Part shown: piece by piece, positions 1 through 10,436 of the stretch
Layout: every line of letters begins with the position of its first letter
Numbering within the stretch: position 1 is the stretch's first letter
Source: Candidatus Nanopelagicales bacterium
GTDB lineage: Bacteria > Actinomycetota > Actinomycetes > S36-B12
NCBI GenBank assembly: GCA_040399625.1
Contig: JBBARV010000003.1
Location: 11,907 to 75,906, forward strand
Reading direction: 5' to 3'
DNA length: 64,000 nucleotides
Notes under the pieces: generated by a model
Databases searched by the model: none
What the model was told of the DNA's origin: nothing
The model's input: the letters and a program-made list of their open reading frames with translations, nothing else
Made by a program: the position numbers and the translations under genes

Positions 1-595
1 GACACGGGGATTGACCAACGTAATGGGGAACGGACGCCCACAGTGACAAATTTGGAATTCCAAACTGATCACATGCCGCCGCCAATGCGCCAACGATTCC
101 GGTTGGGCCTTCGTAAGTTGATTTTGAGATGTCAAGGTCGCTAATGAGTTGTGGATCACTCGACGTTGCAAAAACAGGCACCGGTCTGGTGTGCGGGTTA
201 TCAGACAGAAGAGCGCCCAAGGTAAGCACGAGTCCAGTATCGAGTTCGGCTGCAAGCGAGAGAATTTCCCTAATGAACTGGGGCCACTTCATATTGGGTT
301 CCATCCCTGAAACCAGGATGACATCACGCTTAAGTTCAGGAACGTTTGCCGTGTAAACACGAGTCCCTGGCCAAATAATTCCCCGTTCACCGGAGTCACT
401 CACGTACGTGTGCGGTCGATTGACCTGATAATCGTAATATTCTTCGGGGTCGAGTTCGAGGAGCAAGTCGGCTTTCCAGGTTTCGCGCAGATGGGTGATC
501 ACACCGGACGCGCTCTCTGCTGCGTCATTCCAACCCTCGAATGCGCACAACATTATGGGATTATCAAGTACGGGAAGGTCGTCATATTCGATCAT
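1..595 (-). CDS. PAC2 (proteasome assembly chaperone 2-like) family protein, N-terminal ~198 codons; the gene continues beyond the left edge
   Basis: Absent from the ORF track because no stop lies in the window. Own translation of the minus strand from ATG 595: MIEYDDLPVLDNPIMLCAFEGWNDAAESASGVITHLRETW...VILVSGMEPNMKWPQFIREIL...STYEGPTGIVGALAAACDQFGIPNLSLWASVPHYV. The AFEGWNDA and YEGPTGI segments match what I recognise from actinobacterial PAC2 proteins (Rv2125 class), which lie near proteasome genes. ATGA start/stop overlap with the upstream hydrolase gene. The + strand ORFs 129..356 and 410..646 are shadows of this gene. Confidence 0.7.
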   Translation of the reverse strand, partial: MIEYDDLPVLDNPIMLCAFEGWNDAAESASGVITHLRETWKADLLLELDPEEYYDYQVNRPHTYVSDSGERGIIWPGTRVYTANVPELKRDVILVSGMEPNMKWPQFIREILSLAAELDTGLVLTLGALLSDNPHTRPVPVFATSSDPQLISDLDISKSTYEGPTGIVGALAAACDQFGIPNLSLWASVPHYVGQSPC

Positions 596-1542
596 GCCAA
601 CGCGTCCTTCCCGCCGAAATCCGTGGTCATGCCCGTAGAGAGTTGAATGCTCGAGACTGCATGTGAGATCAACTGTGAGACCCGATTGGGCCAATACAGG
701 GGAACGTCATGTACTGCACCGTACCAATGCTGCAGCGCAATATTGGTCTTTCCCAGAACTTTGGTATCGACCTCACTCCTGGCATCGGCCCAACTACCAT
801 TTGAGTCCGTCACGGTGGGGGCAAATTCATCTCTTGCCATCAGGATCCACGTGGGGACGGCGACAGTTTTCAGGTCGGTATCCGGGTTGTAATCCAGAAA
901 GGCCTCAAGGACAGCCATATGGCGATCGAAACCGATAGTTGTCACCCATCCGTCTTGGAGCGCGGGAATATATGAGCGTTTGATGGCGGACATCACCGAC
1001 GCTTGTTCTTTTGTCGTCAAGGGGATGTGCGTCGGTAGATAGTGCGATCTCAGTTCTTCCTCGGTAAATGGTCCCAATGGGGGGGTTAACGCGGCGATCA
1101 ACTCTTCGCGGGTGATTGACCCTGACTCCAAAATGTTTGCAGGAGTAAACGCCCCACCGTCGATGAGCACGCAGCTTTCGATTCGAAGTGGGTTAGGCAG
1201 ACTCTGCGCGGCAAGATGGAGGGCAACGGAGGCACCCCACGAATGCCCGACAACGCAGGCGTTGCTGAACTTCAGTTCCGCCAAGAGATTAATGCAGTCT
1301 TGGGCAACCTGTGGGATTCGATAGTCCGCATGCATATTTCTGGACTCGCCGTGTCCGCGAAGATCGATGGACACGGTGCTGTACTGGCTGCCTAATGCAT
1401 CAACCACGGGGAGCCAAAAATCAGACTGTTGGGAGAGTCCGTGTAATAGAACAATGGGGGGCAGGGAGGGGTTTAGGCCTTTTTTGTAGGAGTACGCGAC
1501 GCCGCTGGAGCTGATAGCGGGTGGCGCGCTCGGAGAATTCAC
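592..1542 (-). CDS. alpha/beta-fold hydrolase, substrate unknown
   Basis: 316-aa ORF with LLHGLSQQSDFW...DLRGHGES and the nucleophile elbow GHSWGA (G-x-S-x-G), typical of the alpha/beta hydrolase fold. Confidence 0.8.
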   Translation of the reverse strand: MNSPSAPPAISSSGVAYSYKKGLNPSLPPIVLLHGLSQQSDFWLPVVDALGSQYSTVSIDLRGHGESRNMHADYRIPQVAQDCINLLAELKFSNACVVGHSWGASVALHLAAQSLPNPLRIESCVLIDGGAFTPANILESGSITREELIAALTPPLGPFTEEELRSHYLPTHIPLTTKEQASVMSAIKRSYIPALQDGWVTTIGFDRHMAVLEAFLDYNPDTDLKTVAVPTWILMARDEFAPTVTDSNGSWADARSEVDTKVLGKTNIALQHWYGAVHDVPLYWPNRVSQLISHAVSSIQLSTGMTTDFGGKDALA

Positions 1543-1558
1543 CTCCCTACTCTCGCAT

Positions 1559-1564
1559 TAGGGT
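1559..1564 (+). promoter_or_regulatory. -10-like TAGGGT, 5 nt before GTG 1570 (HAD hydrolase); leaderless-type layout
   Basis: TAGGGT-tatgt-GTG. The divergent spacer is only 27 bp. Confidence 0.35.
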
Positions 1565-1569
1565 TATGT

Positions 1570-2229
1570 GTGACCAAACCCAAGGCTCTCTTGCTTGATC
1601 TGGATGGAACATTGCTGGATTCTGAGAGACTTTGGTTGATGGCTGAAGAGACGGTTATGCACCGTTACGGCTACACGTGGACTTCAGCGGATCAGCAACA
1701 TTGTCTCGGCGGTCCACTTGAACGAGTGGCCAAATACATGGAAGTTAAATCCGATGGCTCGGGGAGCTCGGAGATCATCGGGGGCGAGCTGTTGAGTGAA
1801 GTTGCCCATTTGTTTACAACCGAATCACTTGTTTGGAGACCAGGAGCTCAAGCCCTTGTGGAGCAGGCGCATCAGCTCTATATCCCTACGGCAATTGTTA
1901 CCGCCACGTGGCGATCCGTATTGGACTCGGTGATGACACGCATGAGTGAGAGTGTGGGTAGCTTTAACCATTCGATTGCAGGTGATGAAGTGCGGAACTC
2001 AAAACCACACCCGGAGCCCTATCTCCTTGCTGCCATGAGCCTGGGAGTGCCCATCGGAGAATGTCTCGCGATCGAGGACTCTCCAACCGGCACGCTATCC
2101 GCTGTCAGCGCCGGCGCCAAAGTAATCGCGGTCGAACACATGGCAACCATTGATGTGGAAGGTGCAGTAGTTCTCAACACCCTGGTTGGCCAAGACGTTG
2201 AATCACTGTGGAAGCTCGTTAGCGGCTGA
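1570..2229 (+). CDS. HAD-superfamily hydrolase (phosphatase / beta-phosphoglucomutase-like)
   Basis: GTG start. Motif I LLDLDGTLLDSE (DxDGT), a SKPHPEPY segment and C-terminal IEDSPTG are typical of HAD subfamily IA. Confidence 0.8.
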   Translation: MTKPKALLLDLDGTLLDSERLWLMAEETVMHRYGYTWTSADQQHCLGGPLERVAKYMEVKSDGSGSSEIIGGELLSEVAHLFTTESLVWRPGAQALVEQAHQLYIPTAIVTATWRSVLDSVMTRMSESVGSFNHSIAGDEVRNSKPHPEPYLLAAMSLGVPIGECLAIEDSPTGTLSAVSAGAKVIAVEHMATIDVEGAVVLNTLVGQDVESLWKLVSG

Positions 2230-3069
2230 CTCCAATGCGGCTTTGATGGATTGCTCAACAAGGGAACTCCCCGAGGTCCACAGGCTTTGTTCGGGGATCG
2301 GCGGGGGAGTTCCACCAAATGCCGGGCAGATCGGCTTAAACGAGCACCAACCGCATAGTTTCGAGGGGGTTGGTGGAAATGATTGTTGCTCTGCGCTGTG
2401 TGCGATAGCGCTTCGCAGCGCCAGGATCTTTTTTTCGGTCACTAGCAGATCGTTCTGGGTCGGTTCGTATCTCAGAAACTGTGCATTCCCTAAGTACATG
2501 AGTTGCAACATGCGTGGAATCTCGCCGTTTATCCTCCACCAAGCCAAGCCATAAAAGCGCATCTGGAACATAGCCTTTTCCGCGTACAGCGGGGATGGCG
2601 CTTTCCCACTTTTGTAGTCCACGATTCGAATATCGCCAGATGGGGTCCGGTCAACCCGGTCGATGAATCCCCGGATTGTGAATCCGTCGTCAAGTTCAAC
2701 ACTCATTGCAAGTTCGCGCGCGTGTGGTTCCAAGCGATTTGGGTCTTCCATTGCGAAATAGGTCTCAAGTAAGGGTCGGACCGGAGCCAGTGTTTTCTCG
2801 GCTGACTCATCGTAAATGAGTTCGGCCTCTGCCGGTTTGGTTTCTGCTAGAGATTTTAGAGCCGCAGTGAACAGTGACATTGCAAGTTCATAGGTTCGTT
2901 TTCCGGCCGGGGCATCAAAAATATTCTCCAAAACAGAGTGCACCAGCGTTCCTCGTACCGCGGCAATTGAGGGTTCTTCTGGTAACTGGTCAATTGTTTT
3001 GAACCTGTATAAAAGGGGACACTGTTGGTAATCGGCACTGCGCGAAGGTGAGAGTGATGTTGGAAACAC
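2203..3069 (-). CDS. RecB-family PD-(D/E)XK exonuclease with C-terminal cysteine cluster (Rv2119-like)
   Basis: 288 aa with N-terminal SPSRSADYQQCPLLYRF, nuclease core IDRVD...IVDYKSGK and C-terminal CGWCSFKPIC. It sits divergently next to trmI/arc, as in mycobacteria. GTG start. Confidence 0.75.
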   Translation of the reverse strand: MFPTSLSPSRSADYQQCPLLYRFKTIDQLPEEPSIAAVRGTLVHSVLENIFDAPAGKRTYELAMSLFTAALKSLAETKPAEAELIYDESAEKTLAPVRPLLETYFAMEDPNRLEPHARELAMSVELDDGFTIRGFIDRVDRTPSGDIRIVDYKSGKAPSPLYAEKAMFQMRFYGLAWWRINGEIPRMLQLMYLGNAQFLRYEPTQNDLLVTEKKILALRSAIAHSAEQQSFPPTPSKLCGWCSFKPICPAFGGTPPPIPEQSLWTSGSSLVEQSIKAALESAANELPQ

Positions 3070-3075
3070 ATTATG

Positions 3076-3081
3076 AGCCTA
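3076..3081 (-). promoter_or_regulatory. -10-like TAGGCT, 6 nt before GTG 3069 (RecB-like nuclease); leaderless-type layout
   Basis: Minus strand TAGGCT-cataat-GTG. No SD-like run. Confidence 0.45.
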
Positions 3082-3150
3082 GTTGTCGATCCCACCCGAA
3101 CCATTGACCTAGGCACGCAACGCGGTCTGCGGGCCAAAGTCTTTCGCCGA

Positions 3151-3156
3151 TAAAGT
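3151..3156 (+). promoter_or_regulatory. -10-like TAAAGT, 6 nt before ATG 3163 (trmI); leaderless-type layout
   Basis: TAAAGT-tcactc-ATG. No SD-like run. Confidence 0.45.
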
Positions 3157-3162
3157 TCACTC

Positions 3163-4140
3163 ATGCCCAAACGCCCAGTGCACCCGCCTGCGCCACGCGA
3201 GGGAGTCAGTGTCGGCGCCCGACCTAGGGGACCGCTTTGTCCGGGGGATCTTGTACAACTCATTGATGCAAAAGGCAACAAATACACAATTACGTTGAAA
3301 GAAGACCTCATTTTTCATAGTCATCGTGGTCAACTTGCCCACAACGACATGATCGGCAACAGTGAAGGCATCATCATCAATAGCGATCGCGCTATTGCCT
3401 ATCAAGTTTTACGCCCGGCATTGGATGACTACGTATTGTCAATGCCGAGAGGCGCCACGGTCGTTTATCCCAAGGATGCTGCTCGCATTGTTGGCCTCGC
3501 GGATATCGGTGAAGGCTCACGAATACTTGAGGCCGGCGTGGGTTCCGGAGCCTTGACTTGCTCACTGCTGCGCAGCGCAGGAGTTACGGGTGTGGTGGTG
3601 AGTATTGAACGGCGTGAAGATTTCGCAGAAATTGCGACTGAAAATGTCTGCCGTTGGTTTGGTGGCTTTCCCGCGTCATGGTCTCTCAAAGTCGCGGATC
3701 TCGCCGAATATGAGCCCGATCTCGGTGTCTATGACTCTGTCGTTTTGGACATGTTGGCACCCTGGGAGTGTCTGGATGTCGTGGAGGACGCTTTGCGGCC
3801 TGGCGGGGCACTTGTGGCCTATGTCGCAACGACGACTCAGTTATCTCGACTAGTTGAAACCGTCAGGGTGCGTAACGTCTGGACGGAGCCGAGAGCAGAG
3901 GAAAGTTTGCTGCGCACCTGGCACCTGGATGGCCTCTCGGTGCGTCCGGACCACAAGATGAACGGACATACAGGATTTCTCGTTGCCACCCGGTTAATGA
4001 ACGGACCGACACTTGATCGCAAGCGCCGTCCCGCACCCGGGGCCTATGGCGTGGACTACCACGGCCCCGGAGGCGAAAATAGTCTTGGAGAAAATAGTTT
4101 TGAAGTTTCCAGCCCCGCTTCAGTCGCTGAAAACGACTAA
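3163..4140 (+). CDS. trmI: tRNA (adenine58-N1)-methyltransferase
   Basis: 325 aa with N-terminal GDLVQLIDAKGNKYTITL beta domain and SAM-binding ILEAGVGSGALT. It lies immediately upstream of arc, as Rv2118c does in M. tuberculosis. Confidence 0.85.
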   Translation: MPKRPVHPPAPREGVSVGARPRGPLCPGDLVQLIDAKGNKYTITLKEDLIFHSHRGQLAHNDMIGNSEGIIINSDRAIAYQVLRPALDDYVLSMPRGATVVYPKDAARIVGLADIGEGSRILEAGVGSGALTCSLLRSAGVTGVVVSIERREDFAEIATENVCRWFGGFPASWSLKVADLAEYEPDLGVYDSVVLDMLAPWECLDVVEDALRPGGALVAYVATTTQLSRLVETVRVRNVWTEPRAEESLLRTWHLDGLSVRPDHKMNGHTGFLVATRLMNGPTLDRKRRPAPGAYGVDYHGPGGENSLGENSFEVSSPASVAEND

Positions 4141-4146
4141 TCGCGT

Positions 4147-4152
4147 TAGGGT
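4147..4152 (+). promoter_or_regulatory. -10-like TAGGGT, 6 nt before ATG 4159 (arc); leaderless-type layout or weak SD
   Basis: TAGGGT-gaccgc-ATG within the 18-bp trmI-arc spacer. Read-through from trmI with AGGG acting as a weak SD cannot be excluded. Confidence 0.35.
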
Positions 4153-4158
4153 GACCGC

Positions 4159-5784
4159 ATGGAGCAAAACTCGAATCTGACCCAAATTCAGGGCGAGCTG
4201 GCGGCCGCAAGGGATCACAATGAGCGCCTCATCACGACCTTACGTGATGCACGTGAGCAAATCGTTTCACTTAAAACTGAGGTTGATCGATTGGGTCAGC
4301 CACCGAGTGGCTTCGCCACAATTCTTGTCGCCCACGAAGATGCAACTGCAGACATCATGGCCTCAGGAAAGAAATTGCGCGTGGGAGTAAGTCCCTCCAT
4401 TGACATCTCTGAATTAGTTCTCGGACGTGAAGTTCTCCTTAATGAGTCAATGAATATCGTCAGCATCCGGGAATACGATGAAACGGGCGAAATAGTTGTT
4501 CTCAAAGAACGCATTGACGGTAACCGCGCACTAGTTGTCGCACACTCTGATGAAGAGCGCGTGATCAAACTTGGTCAGCCCCTCATTGATCAAAAGCTGC
4601 GAGCCGGAGACACACTCTTGTGTGACATGCGTAACGGAGTTGCCGTAGAGAAAATTGCCCGGGCCGAGGTTGAACAACTCGTTCTCGAAGAAGTCCCTGA
4701 CATCAATTACGAGGATATTGGCGGGCTCGGTGAACAGATTGAAGCCATTCGTGACGCTGTTGAGTTGCCATATTTACACGCCGATTTGTACTTGGAGCAC
4801 CAGCTCCGACCACCGAAAGGAATTCTGCTCTACGGTCCTCCAGGTTGCGGTAAAACCCTGATCGCGAAAGCGGTAGCGAATTCATTGGCCCAAAAAGTGG
4901 CAGAGAAGACTGGCATGGGTGAGGGGCGCTCCTACTTCCTCAACATCAAAGGCCCAGAGTTACTCAACAAGTATGTCGGTGAGACCGAACGCCATATCCG
5001 TCTCGTGTTTCAACGTGCGCGAGAAAAGGCATCAGAGGGCATGCCCGTAATCGTGTTCTTCGATGAAATGGATTCACTTTTTAGAACACGAGGCACCGGC
5101 GTGAGCAGTGACGTGGAAAACACAATTGTTCCCCAATTATTGAGTGAAATTGACGGCGTTGAAGGTTTGGAGAACGTCATAGTGATCGGAGCGAGTAACC
5201 GAGAGGATATGATTGACCCCGCAATTTTGCGACCCGGTCGACTCGACGTGAAAATTAAGATTTCACGCCCTGATGCACAGGCTGCAGCTTCAATCTTCGC
5301 AAAATACTTGACTTCGGAATTGCCCCTGCATGAAGAAGATCTGGCAGAGCATTCTGGTGATCGCGATGCTACAACGGCCGACATGATCGCTCGGGCAGTC
5401 GAGCGGATGTACACCGACATGGACGAGAATCGTTTCCTGGAAGTCACGTACGCAAATGGCGATAAGGAAGTTCTTTATTTCAAGGACTTTAATTCAGGCG
5501 CCATGATTGAAAATATTGTTTCTCGGGCTAAAAAGTCTGCGATCAAAGACTTCCTAACAACCGGTCAGCGCGGGATTCGTGTTCAACACCTACTTGATGC
5601 CTGTATTGACGAATTCCGTGAGAACGAAGACCTACCGAATACGACAAACCCTGATGATTGGGCTCGTATATCCGGGAAGAAGGGCGAAAGAATTGTCTTC
5701 ATCCGCACCTTGATTGAAGGCAAAAAAGGCACGGAGCCCGGACGATCAATCAGCACTTTGTCCAATACTGGTCAATACCTTTAG
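4159..5784 (+). CDS. arc: proteasome-associated AAA+ ATPase ARC/Mpa
   Basis: 541 aa with N-terminal coiled coil, Walker A GPPGCGKT, Walker [10 protein letters not shown] and the C-terminal GQYL 20S-docking motif. Confidence 0.95.
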   Translation: MEQNSNLTQIQGELAAARDHNERLITTLRDAREQIVSLKTEVDRLGQPPSGFATILVAHEDATADIMASGKKLRVGVSPSIDISELVLGREVLLNESMNIVSIREYDETGEIVVLKERIDGNRALVVAHSDEERVIKLGQPLIDQKLRAGDTLLCDMRNGVAVEKIARAEVEQLVLEEVPDINYEDIGGLGEQIEAIRDAVELPYLHADLYLEHQLRPPKGILLYGPPGCGKTLIAKAVANSLAQKVAEKTGMGEGRSYFLNIKGPELLNKYVGETERHIRLVFQRAREKASEGMPVIVFFDEMDSLFRTRGTGVSSDVENTIVPQLLSEIDGVEGLENVIVIGASNREDMIDPAILRPGRLDVKIKISRPDAQAAASIFAKYLTSELPLHEEDLAEHSGDRDATTADMIARAVERMYTDMDENRFLEVTYANGDKEVLYFKDFNSGAMIENIVSRAKKSAIKDFLTTGQRGIRVQHLLDACIDEFRENEDLPNTTNPDDWARISGKKGERIVFIRTLIEGKKGTEPGRSISTLSNTGQYL

Positions 5785-5845
5785 CCATAAATTTTGAACT
5801 TACATAGCCTGCAGGGCGCCGTGAAAAAGAGAATTAAAGGTTGTC

Positions 5846-7369
5846 ATGAGTGTTAATCGAATAATGGGAATTGAAACCGAGTACGGAATTACCGTTCCCG
5901 GCCACCCAACCATGAATGCCATGGTCACCAGCTCTCACATCGTCAGTGCGTATGCACGCTTGAGCGGGCTGGATCAAGGATTACACGCGCGTTGGGATTA
6001 TGACCGAGAGTCGCCCTTGCGTGACGCTCGTGGCTTTGATCAGAGTCGCGAAGCTGCTGACCCAAGCCAGCTGACCGACGACATGGAACTCGGACTGGAA
6101 AACATAATCCTGACAAATGGAGCGCGACTCTATGTCGATCACGCACATCCAGAGTATTCGAGCCCGGAGGTAACAAATCCGCGTGATGCAGCCCTGTGGG
6201 ATAAGGCGGGTGAGGTAATCATGCATCAAGCAGCACTATTTGCCCCAAAGTTTGACGGGGTACAAATTAAGTTGTATAAAAATAACGTCGACAATAAAGG
6301 CGCCTCATATGGCACCCACGAGAATTATTTGATGGCTCGTCAAACCCCCTTCACGAATATTGTTCGACTGTTAACACCCTTTTTTGTTACCCGGCAGATT
6401 TTCACTGGTGCTGGCCGGCTAGGTCGGGGTCAGGAAGGAACGGTCAAGGAATTTCAGATCTCCCAACGAGCCGACTATTTTGAAGCCGAAGTTGGTCTTG
6501 AAACGACTTTGAAACGCCCCATTATTAACACCCGTGATGAGCCGCATGCAGACCCAGAAAAATACCGACGCCTGCATGTAATTGTGGGCGATGCAAACCT
6601 GTCTGAGAAAGCGACGATGCTCAAAATGGGGACCACGTCACTCATTTTGACACTCATTGAATCCGGCTTCGACGATTTTGCTCGGTTTGATTTGGCTAAT
6701 CCGGTGGCTGCGATGTCAAAAGTGTCTTACGACACCTCCATGCAAAATGTGCTTTCGATGTCAGATGGAACTTCCATGCGCGCAATTGACATCCAGTTCG
6801 CATACCTTGAAGCAGTTCGATCACACTTGTATGCACATATAGACCCAGACGTGCAGACCACTGAAATTCTCGACTTATGGCAACAGACGTTGGACTCGCT
6901 CAATGACCAATCGGGGGAGCACACGGTTGCTGCTCAGTACATTGATTGGATAGCAAAGTTTAAGTTGATGCAGGGGTATCGCGATCGGGATTCTTTGGGT
7001 TGGAATAGCCCGCGGTTATCTCTGATTGACCTGCAGTACAGCGATATAGATCCTGATCGCGGAATAGCCAAAAAACTTATGAATCGGGGGGCAATTGACA
7101 CCCTGTTCTCGGAGGATCAGATCAAACTCGCCACGACCGAAGCCCCGCACGACACCCGTGCCTATTTCCGTGGCGAATGCGTACGGCGCTACCCACAAAA
7201 TGTGGCGGCTGCTTCTTGGGACAGCATAGTTTTTGACACGGGGGGAGATACCCTCCTCCGTATTCCGACCCTTGAGCCAAGAAGGGGTAACCGAGAGTCA
7301 ATCCAGCACCTTCTCGACCAGAATGAGAGTGCAGTTGACCTCCTCAATTCGTTGCGCTCCCACGACTAG
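5846..7369 (+). CDS. dop: Pup deamidase/depupylase Dop
   Basis: 507 aa starting RIMGIETEYGI. It is a paralogue of PafA, is longer (the Dop-loop class), and lies directly upstream of pup. Confidence 0.92.
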   Translation: MSVNRIMGIETEYGITVPGHPTMNAMVTSSHIVSAYARLSGLDQGLHARWDYDRESPLRDARGFDQSREAADPSQLTDDMELGLENIILTNGARLYVDHAHPEYSSPEVTNPRDAALWDKAGEVIMHQAALFAPKFDGVQIKLYKNNVDNKGASYGTHENYLMARQTPFTNIVRLLTPFFVTRQIFTGAGRLGRGQEGTVKEFQISQRADYFEAEVGLETTLKRPIINTRDEPHADPEKYRRLHVIVGDANLSEKATMLKMGTTSLILTLIESGFDDFARFDLANPVAAMSKVSYDTSMQNVLSMSDGTSMRAIDIQFAYLEAVRSHLYAHIDPDVQTTEILDLWQQTLDSLNDQSGEHTVAAQYIDWIAKFKLMQGYRDRDSLGWNSPRLSLIDLQYSDIDPDRGIAKKLMNRGAIDTLFSEDQIKLATTEAPHDTRAYFRGECVRRYPQNVAAASWDSIVFDTGGDTLLRIPTLEPRRGNRESIQHLLDQNESAVDLLNSLRSHD

Positions 7370-7385
7370 CAGTTAGGCTAAACCC

Positions 7386-7586
7386 ATGGCAACCCACGAC
7401 AGCAACCAGATCAAGCGTTCCCGCCGCGATGAAGACGAGGTCGAGCAGGACAGTACGGTTACGTCAACAAGGAATAACGCTGAACTGGATAGTGACGTGG
7501 ATTCACTCTTGGATGAAATCGATGAAATTCTGGAAGTTAACGCTGAAGATTTCGTCAAGTCATTCGTTCAAAAGGGTGGCCAGTGA
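7386..7586 (+). CDS. pup: prokaryotic ubiquitin-like protein Pup
   Basis: 66 aa, acidic and apparently disordered, ending ...[12 protein letters not shown] (the GGQ C-terminus). Confidence 0.95.
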   Translation: MATHDSNQIKRSRRDEDEVEQDSTVTSTRNNAELDSDVDSLLDEIDEILEVNAEDFVKSFVQKGGQ

Positions 7587-8389
7587 ACCCAGAGTCCTCA
7601 TTCGCAATGCATTTACAGGCTCAGGGCAAGTTACCCAATGCGGTCTCGATGGGAACAACACCGGAGCACCTTGCACCACACGGGACAACAATTGTCGCCC
7701 TGCGTCATGCCGAAGGTGTGCTCATGGCTGGGGATCGCCGGGCAACTATGGGAAACATAATTGCGCAGCGTGACATTCAGAAAGTATTCCCAGCTGACAC
7801 CTACTCATTGATTGGTATCGCAGGCTCTGCGGGAATTGCTTTGGAACTTGTCCGACTTTTTCAAGTGGAACTCGAACATTATGAAAAAATTGAAGGCACC
7901 TCTTTGTCGCTCAATGGTAAGGCGAATCGACTGTCAAGCCTTTTACGTTCCAATCTTGGACTAGCAATGCAGGGGTTGGCAGTTGTTCCGTTATTCGCCG
8001 GTTTTGACAGTAATTTGAATACGGGCCGCATATTTTCTTATGATGTCACTGGCGGGCGTTATGAAGAGCATGATTTTTATGCCGTCGGATCTGGGTCGCA
8101 ATTCGCGCGAGGTGCACTCAAGAAAATTAACGCACTCGATCAAAGCGAAGATGAAGCCATTGCAGCAGCAATCGAGGCGCTCTTTGATGCGGCAGACGAT
8201 GACAGCGCAACGGGTGGACCTGATGTAAGCCGTGGAATTTTTCCCGTGATCTATACCGCTGGACCAAATGGTGTTCAAGAAATTGCCACGGACCGCATTG
8301 CTGAACTCTCGCGCGCAATGCTCCAGCGTCGCTCCACAGAACCCAATGGTCCGCGAGCGCATTTAATCAAGGATCGGGATTCCGCATGA
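7583..8389 (+). CDS. prcB: 20S proteasome beta subunit
   Basis: GTGA overlap with the pup stop. A propeptide is followed by ...[10 protein letters not shown] (catalytic Thr). Typical Ntn-hydrolase beta subunit. Confidence 0.93.
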   Translation: MNPESSFAMHLQAQGKLPNAVSMGTTPEHLAPHGTTIVALRHAEGVLMAGDRRATMGNIIAQRDIQKVFPADTYSLIGIAGSAGIALELVRLFQVELEHYEKIEGTSLSLNGKANRLSSLLRSNLGLAMQGLAVVPLFAGFDSNLNTGRIFSYDVTGGRYEEHDFYAVGSGSQFARGALKKINALDQSEDEAIAAAIEALFDAADDDSATGGPDVSRGIFPVIYTAGPNGVQEIATDRIAELSRAMLQRRSTEPNGPRAHLIKDRDSA

Positions 8390-9060
8390 GCATGCCGTAT
8401 TACGTATCACCCGAACAGATTATCGCTGACAAAGCGGAGTTTGCGCGTAAGGGAATTGCTCGTGGCAGGTCTGTGATTGTGGCTAGTGCCGTTGACGCCA
8501 TCTACTTCATCGCTGACAACCCTTCACGCGCCCTACACAAAATCGGTGAGATATATGACCGCATTGGATTTGCGGCTGTAGGCCGATACAACGAGTTTGA
8601 AAACTTGAGGGTTGCGGGTGTTCGGCTTGCTGACACGCGGGGTTATTCATATGACCGGGCTGACGTAACGGTCCGAACAATTGCAAACGCGTACGCACAA
8701 ACTTTGGGGAGTATTTTTATTGAAGCTGCCAAGCCATTTGAAGTTGAGATTGCCGTTGCACAAGTGGGCTCGACGCCGGAAGAGGATCAGTTGTATCGGA
8801 TCTCATTTGATGGATCAGTCCACGATCAAGCTGGCTTCATCAGCATGGGAGGAGACAGCGAGACTGTGGGGAATCACATGAAGGAAAACTGGGAAACAGG
8901 CGCAGGAGCACAAGAAACGCTGAAGGCCGCCGTCAAAGCGCTCTATCCTGATTCAGAACCCGACATCACATCATTGGAAGTGGCCACTCTGAGCCGCGCC
9001 GGTGATGGACGACGCTTTAGTCGTTGCTCGGTGCAAGAAATATCAAAGTTACTGGTTTAA
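8386..9060 (+). CDS. prcA: 20S proteasome alpha subunit
   Basis: ATGA overlap with prcB. The N-terminus [30 protein letters not shown] closely resembles mycobacterial PrcA. Confidence 0.93.
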   Translation: MSMPYYVSPEQIIADKAEFARKGIARGRSVIVASAVDAIYFIADNPSRALHKIGEIYDRIGFAAVGRYNEFENLRVAGVRLADTRGYSYDRADVTVRTIANAYAQTLGSIFIEAAKPFEVEIAVAQVGSTPEEDQLYRISFDGSVHDQAGFISMGGDSETVGNHMKENWETGAGAQETLKAAVKALYPDSEPDITSLEVATLSRAGDGRRFSRCSVQEISKLLV

Positions 9061-9072
9061 GGGGTCACCGCT

Positions 9073-10434
9073 ATGCAGCGCCGAATATTTGGCATCGAGA
9101 CGGAGTACGGTGTCACCTGCACTTTTAAAGGTCAACGGCGTCTGAGTCCTGATGAAGTTGCCCGATATCTGTTCCGCCGCGTTGTCAGTTGGGGGCGCAG
9201 TAGTAATGTCTTTCTCTCAAATGGAGCAAGGCTGTACCTCGATGTTGGATCACACCCTGAATACGCAACAGCCGAATGTGATGACTTTATTGAATTGCTC
9301 GCGCAGGACCGCGCTGGCGAACGCATCCTCGAGGGCCTAAGTATTGAGGCAGAGGAGAGATTGGTTCAAGAGGGTATTTTTGGTGACGTTTATCTATTTA
9401 AGAACAACACTGACTCAGCTGGTAACTCATATGGGTGCCATGAAAATTACCTCATCGATCGGTCCACCGATTTTGCGAATCTTGCCCAGACGTTCATCCC
9501 CTTTTTGATCAGCCGGCAAATCTTGGTCGGTGCTGGCAAAGTTGTGCAAACTCCCCGAGGATCGACCTACGCGGTCAGTCAACGCGCCGACCATATTTGG
9601 GAGGGGGTTTCCAGCGCAACAACCCGATCGCGACCAATCATCAACACACGAGATGAACCACATGCCGATGCCGACCTGTATCGGCGCCTTCATGTGATCG
9701 TTGGTGATAGCAACATGAGTGACACCACGAACCTGCTCAAAGTTGTTTCGGCGCATCTGGTTCTCTCGATGATTGAATCGGGGGCGGTCATGCGCGATCT
9801 CACCCTCGCAAATCCCATTCGAGCCATCAGGGAGATCAGCCACGACACCACCGGCACGCGGACGGTGAAATTGGCCAATGGCAAAGAGATGTCAGCCATC
9901 GCGATGCAGAGTGAATACTTCCAAAAGGTTTCGGACTTTGTTGCCCGCAGTGGAATTGTTGACCCGGTCACCCAACAGGCGATGGAACTGTGGGAAAGGT
10001 CAATCAAAGCTGTCGGTTCGGGCGATCTACATCTGATCGATCGCGAAATTGATTGGGTGATCAAACTACGCCTGATTGAGCGTTACATGCGCAAAAATAA
10101 TATGACCCTTGAAGATGTCCGGATTGCACAATTAGATCTGGCCTACCACGACATTCGTCGGGATCGTGGCCTATTTTATCTCCTCGAACGTGGTGGGGCT
10201 GTTGATTCAATCCTGACGCCCGACCAAATTGAAACGGCGAAGAATATTGCGCCACAAACAACCCGAGCAAAGCTGCGCGGCGACTTCATTGCTCGCGCGC
10301 AGGAACGCCGTCGGGACTACACGGTGGACTGGGTGCACCTCAAACTCAACGACCAAGGTCAGCGCACGGTCCTGTTAAAAGATCCTTTTCAACACACCGA
10401 CGAACGTGTTGATCGACTCATCGCCTCAATGTAG
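9073..10434 (+). CDS. pafA: Pup-protein ligase PafA
   Basis: 453 aa starting [11 protein letters not shown]. It is a Dop paralogue and lies downstream of prcA. Confidence 0.92.
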   Translation: MQRRIFGIETEYGVTCTFKGQRRLSPDEVARYLFRRVVSWGRSSNVFLSNGARLYLDVGSHPEYATAECDDFIELLAQDRAGERILEGLSIEAEERLVQEGIFGDVYLFKNNTDSAGNSYGCHENYLIDRSTDFANLAQTFIPFLISRQILVGAGKVVQTPRGSTYAVSQRADHIWEGVSSATTRSRPIINTRDEPHADADLYRRLHVIVGDSNMSDTTNLLKVVSAHLVLSMIESGAVMRDLTLANPIRAIREISHDTTGTRTVKLANGKEMSAIAMQSEYFQKVSDFVARSGIVDPVTQQAMELWERSIKAVGSGDLHLIDREIDWVIKLRLIERYMRKNNMTLEDVRIAQLDLAYHDIRRDRGLFYLLERGGAVDSILTPDQIETAKNIAPQTTRAKLRGDFIARAQERRRDYTVDWVHLKLNDQGQRTVLLKDPFQHTDERVDRLIASM

Positions 10435-10436
10435 GC

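Noticed and set aside
129-646. Plus-strand ORFs 129..356 and 410..646 from the ORF track
   Set aside because: They have no recognisable protein features. They lie antisense to a much better minus-strand reading frame (the PAC2-family gene, 1..595) that is open across the whole region. I treat them as shadow ORFs.
3084-3110. TTGTCGATC... upstream of the RecB-like nuclease as a possible PafBC (RecA-NDp, TGTCGGTG-N8-TANNNT) promoter; also checked near helY and the 5'-3' exonuclease
   Set aside because: No TANNNT lies at the required 8-nt distance, and the motif is on the wrong strand for the nuclease gene. None of the leaderless-type promoters here has a TGTCRGTG box upstream.
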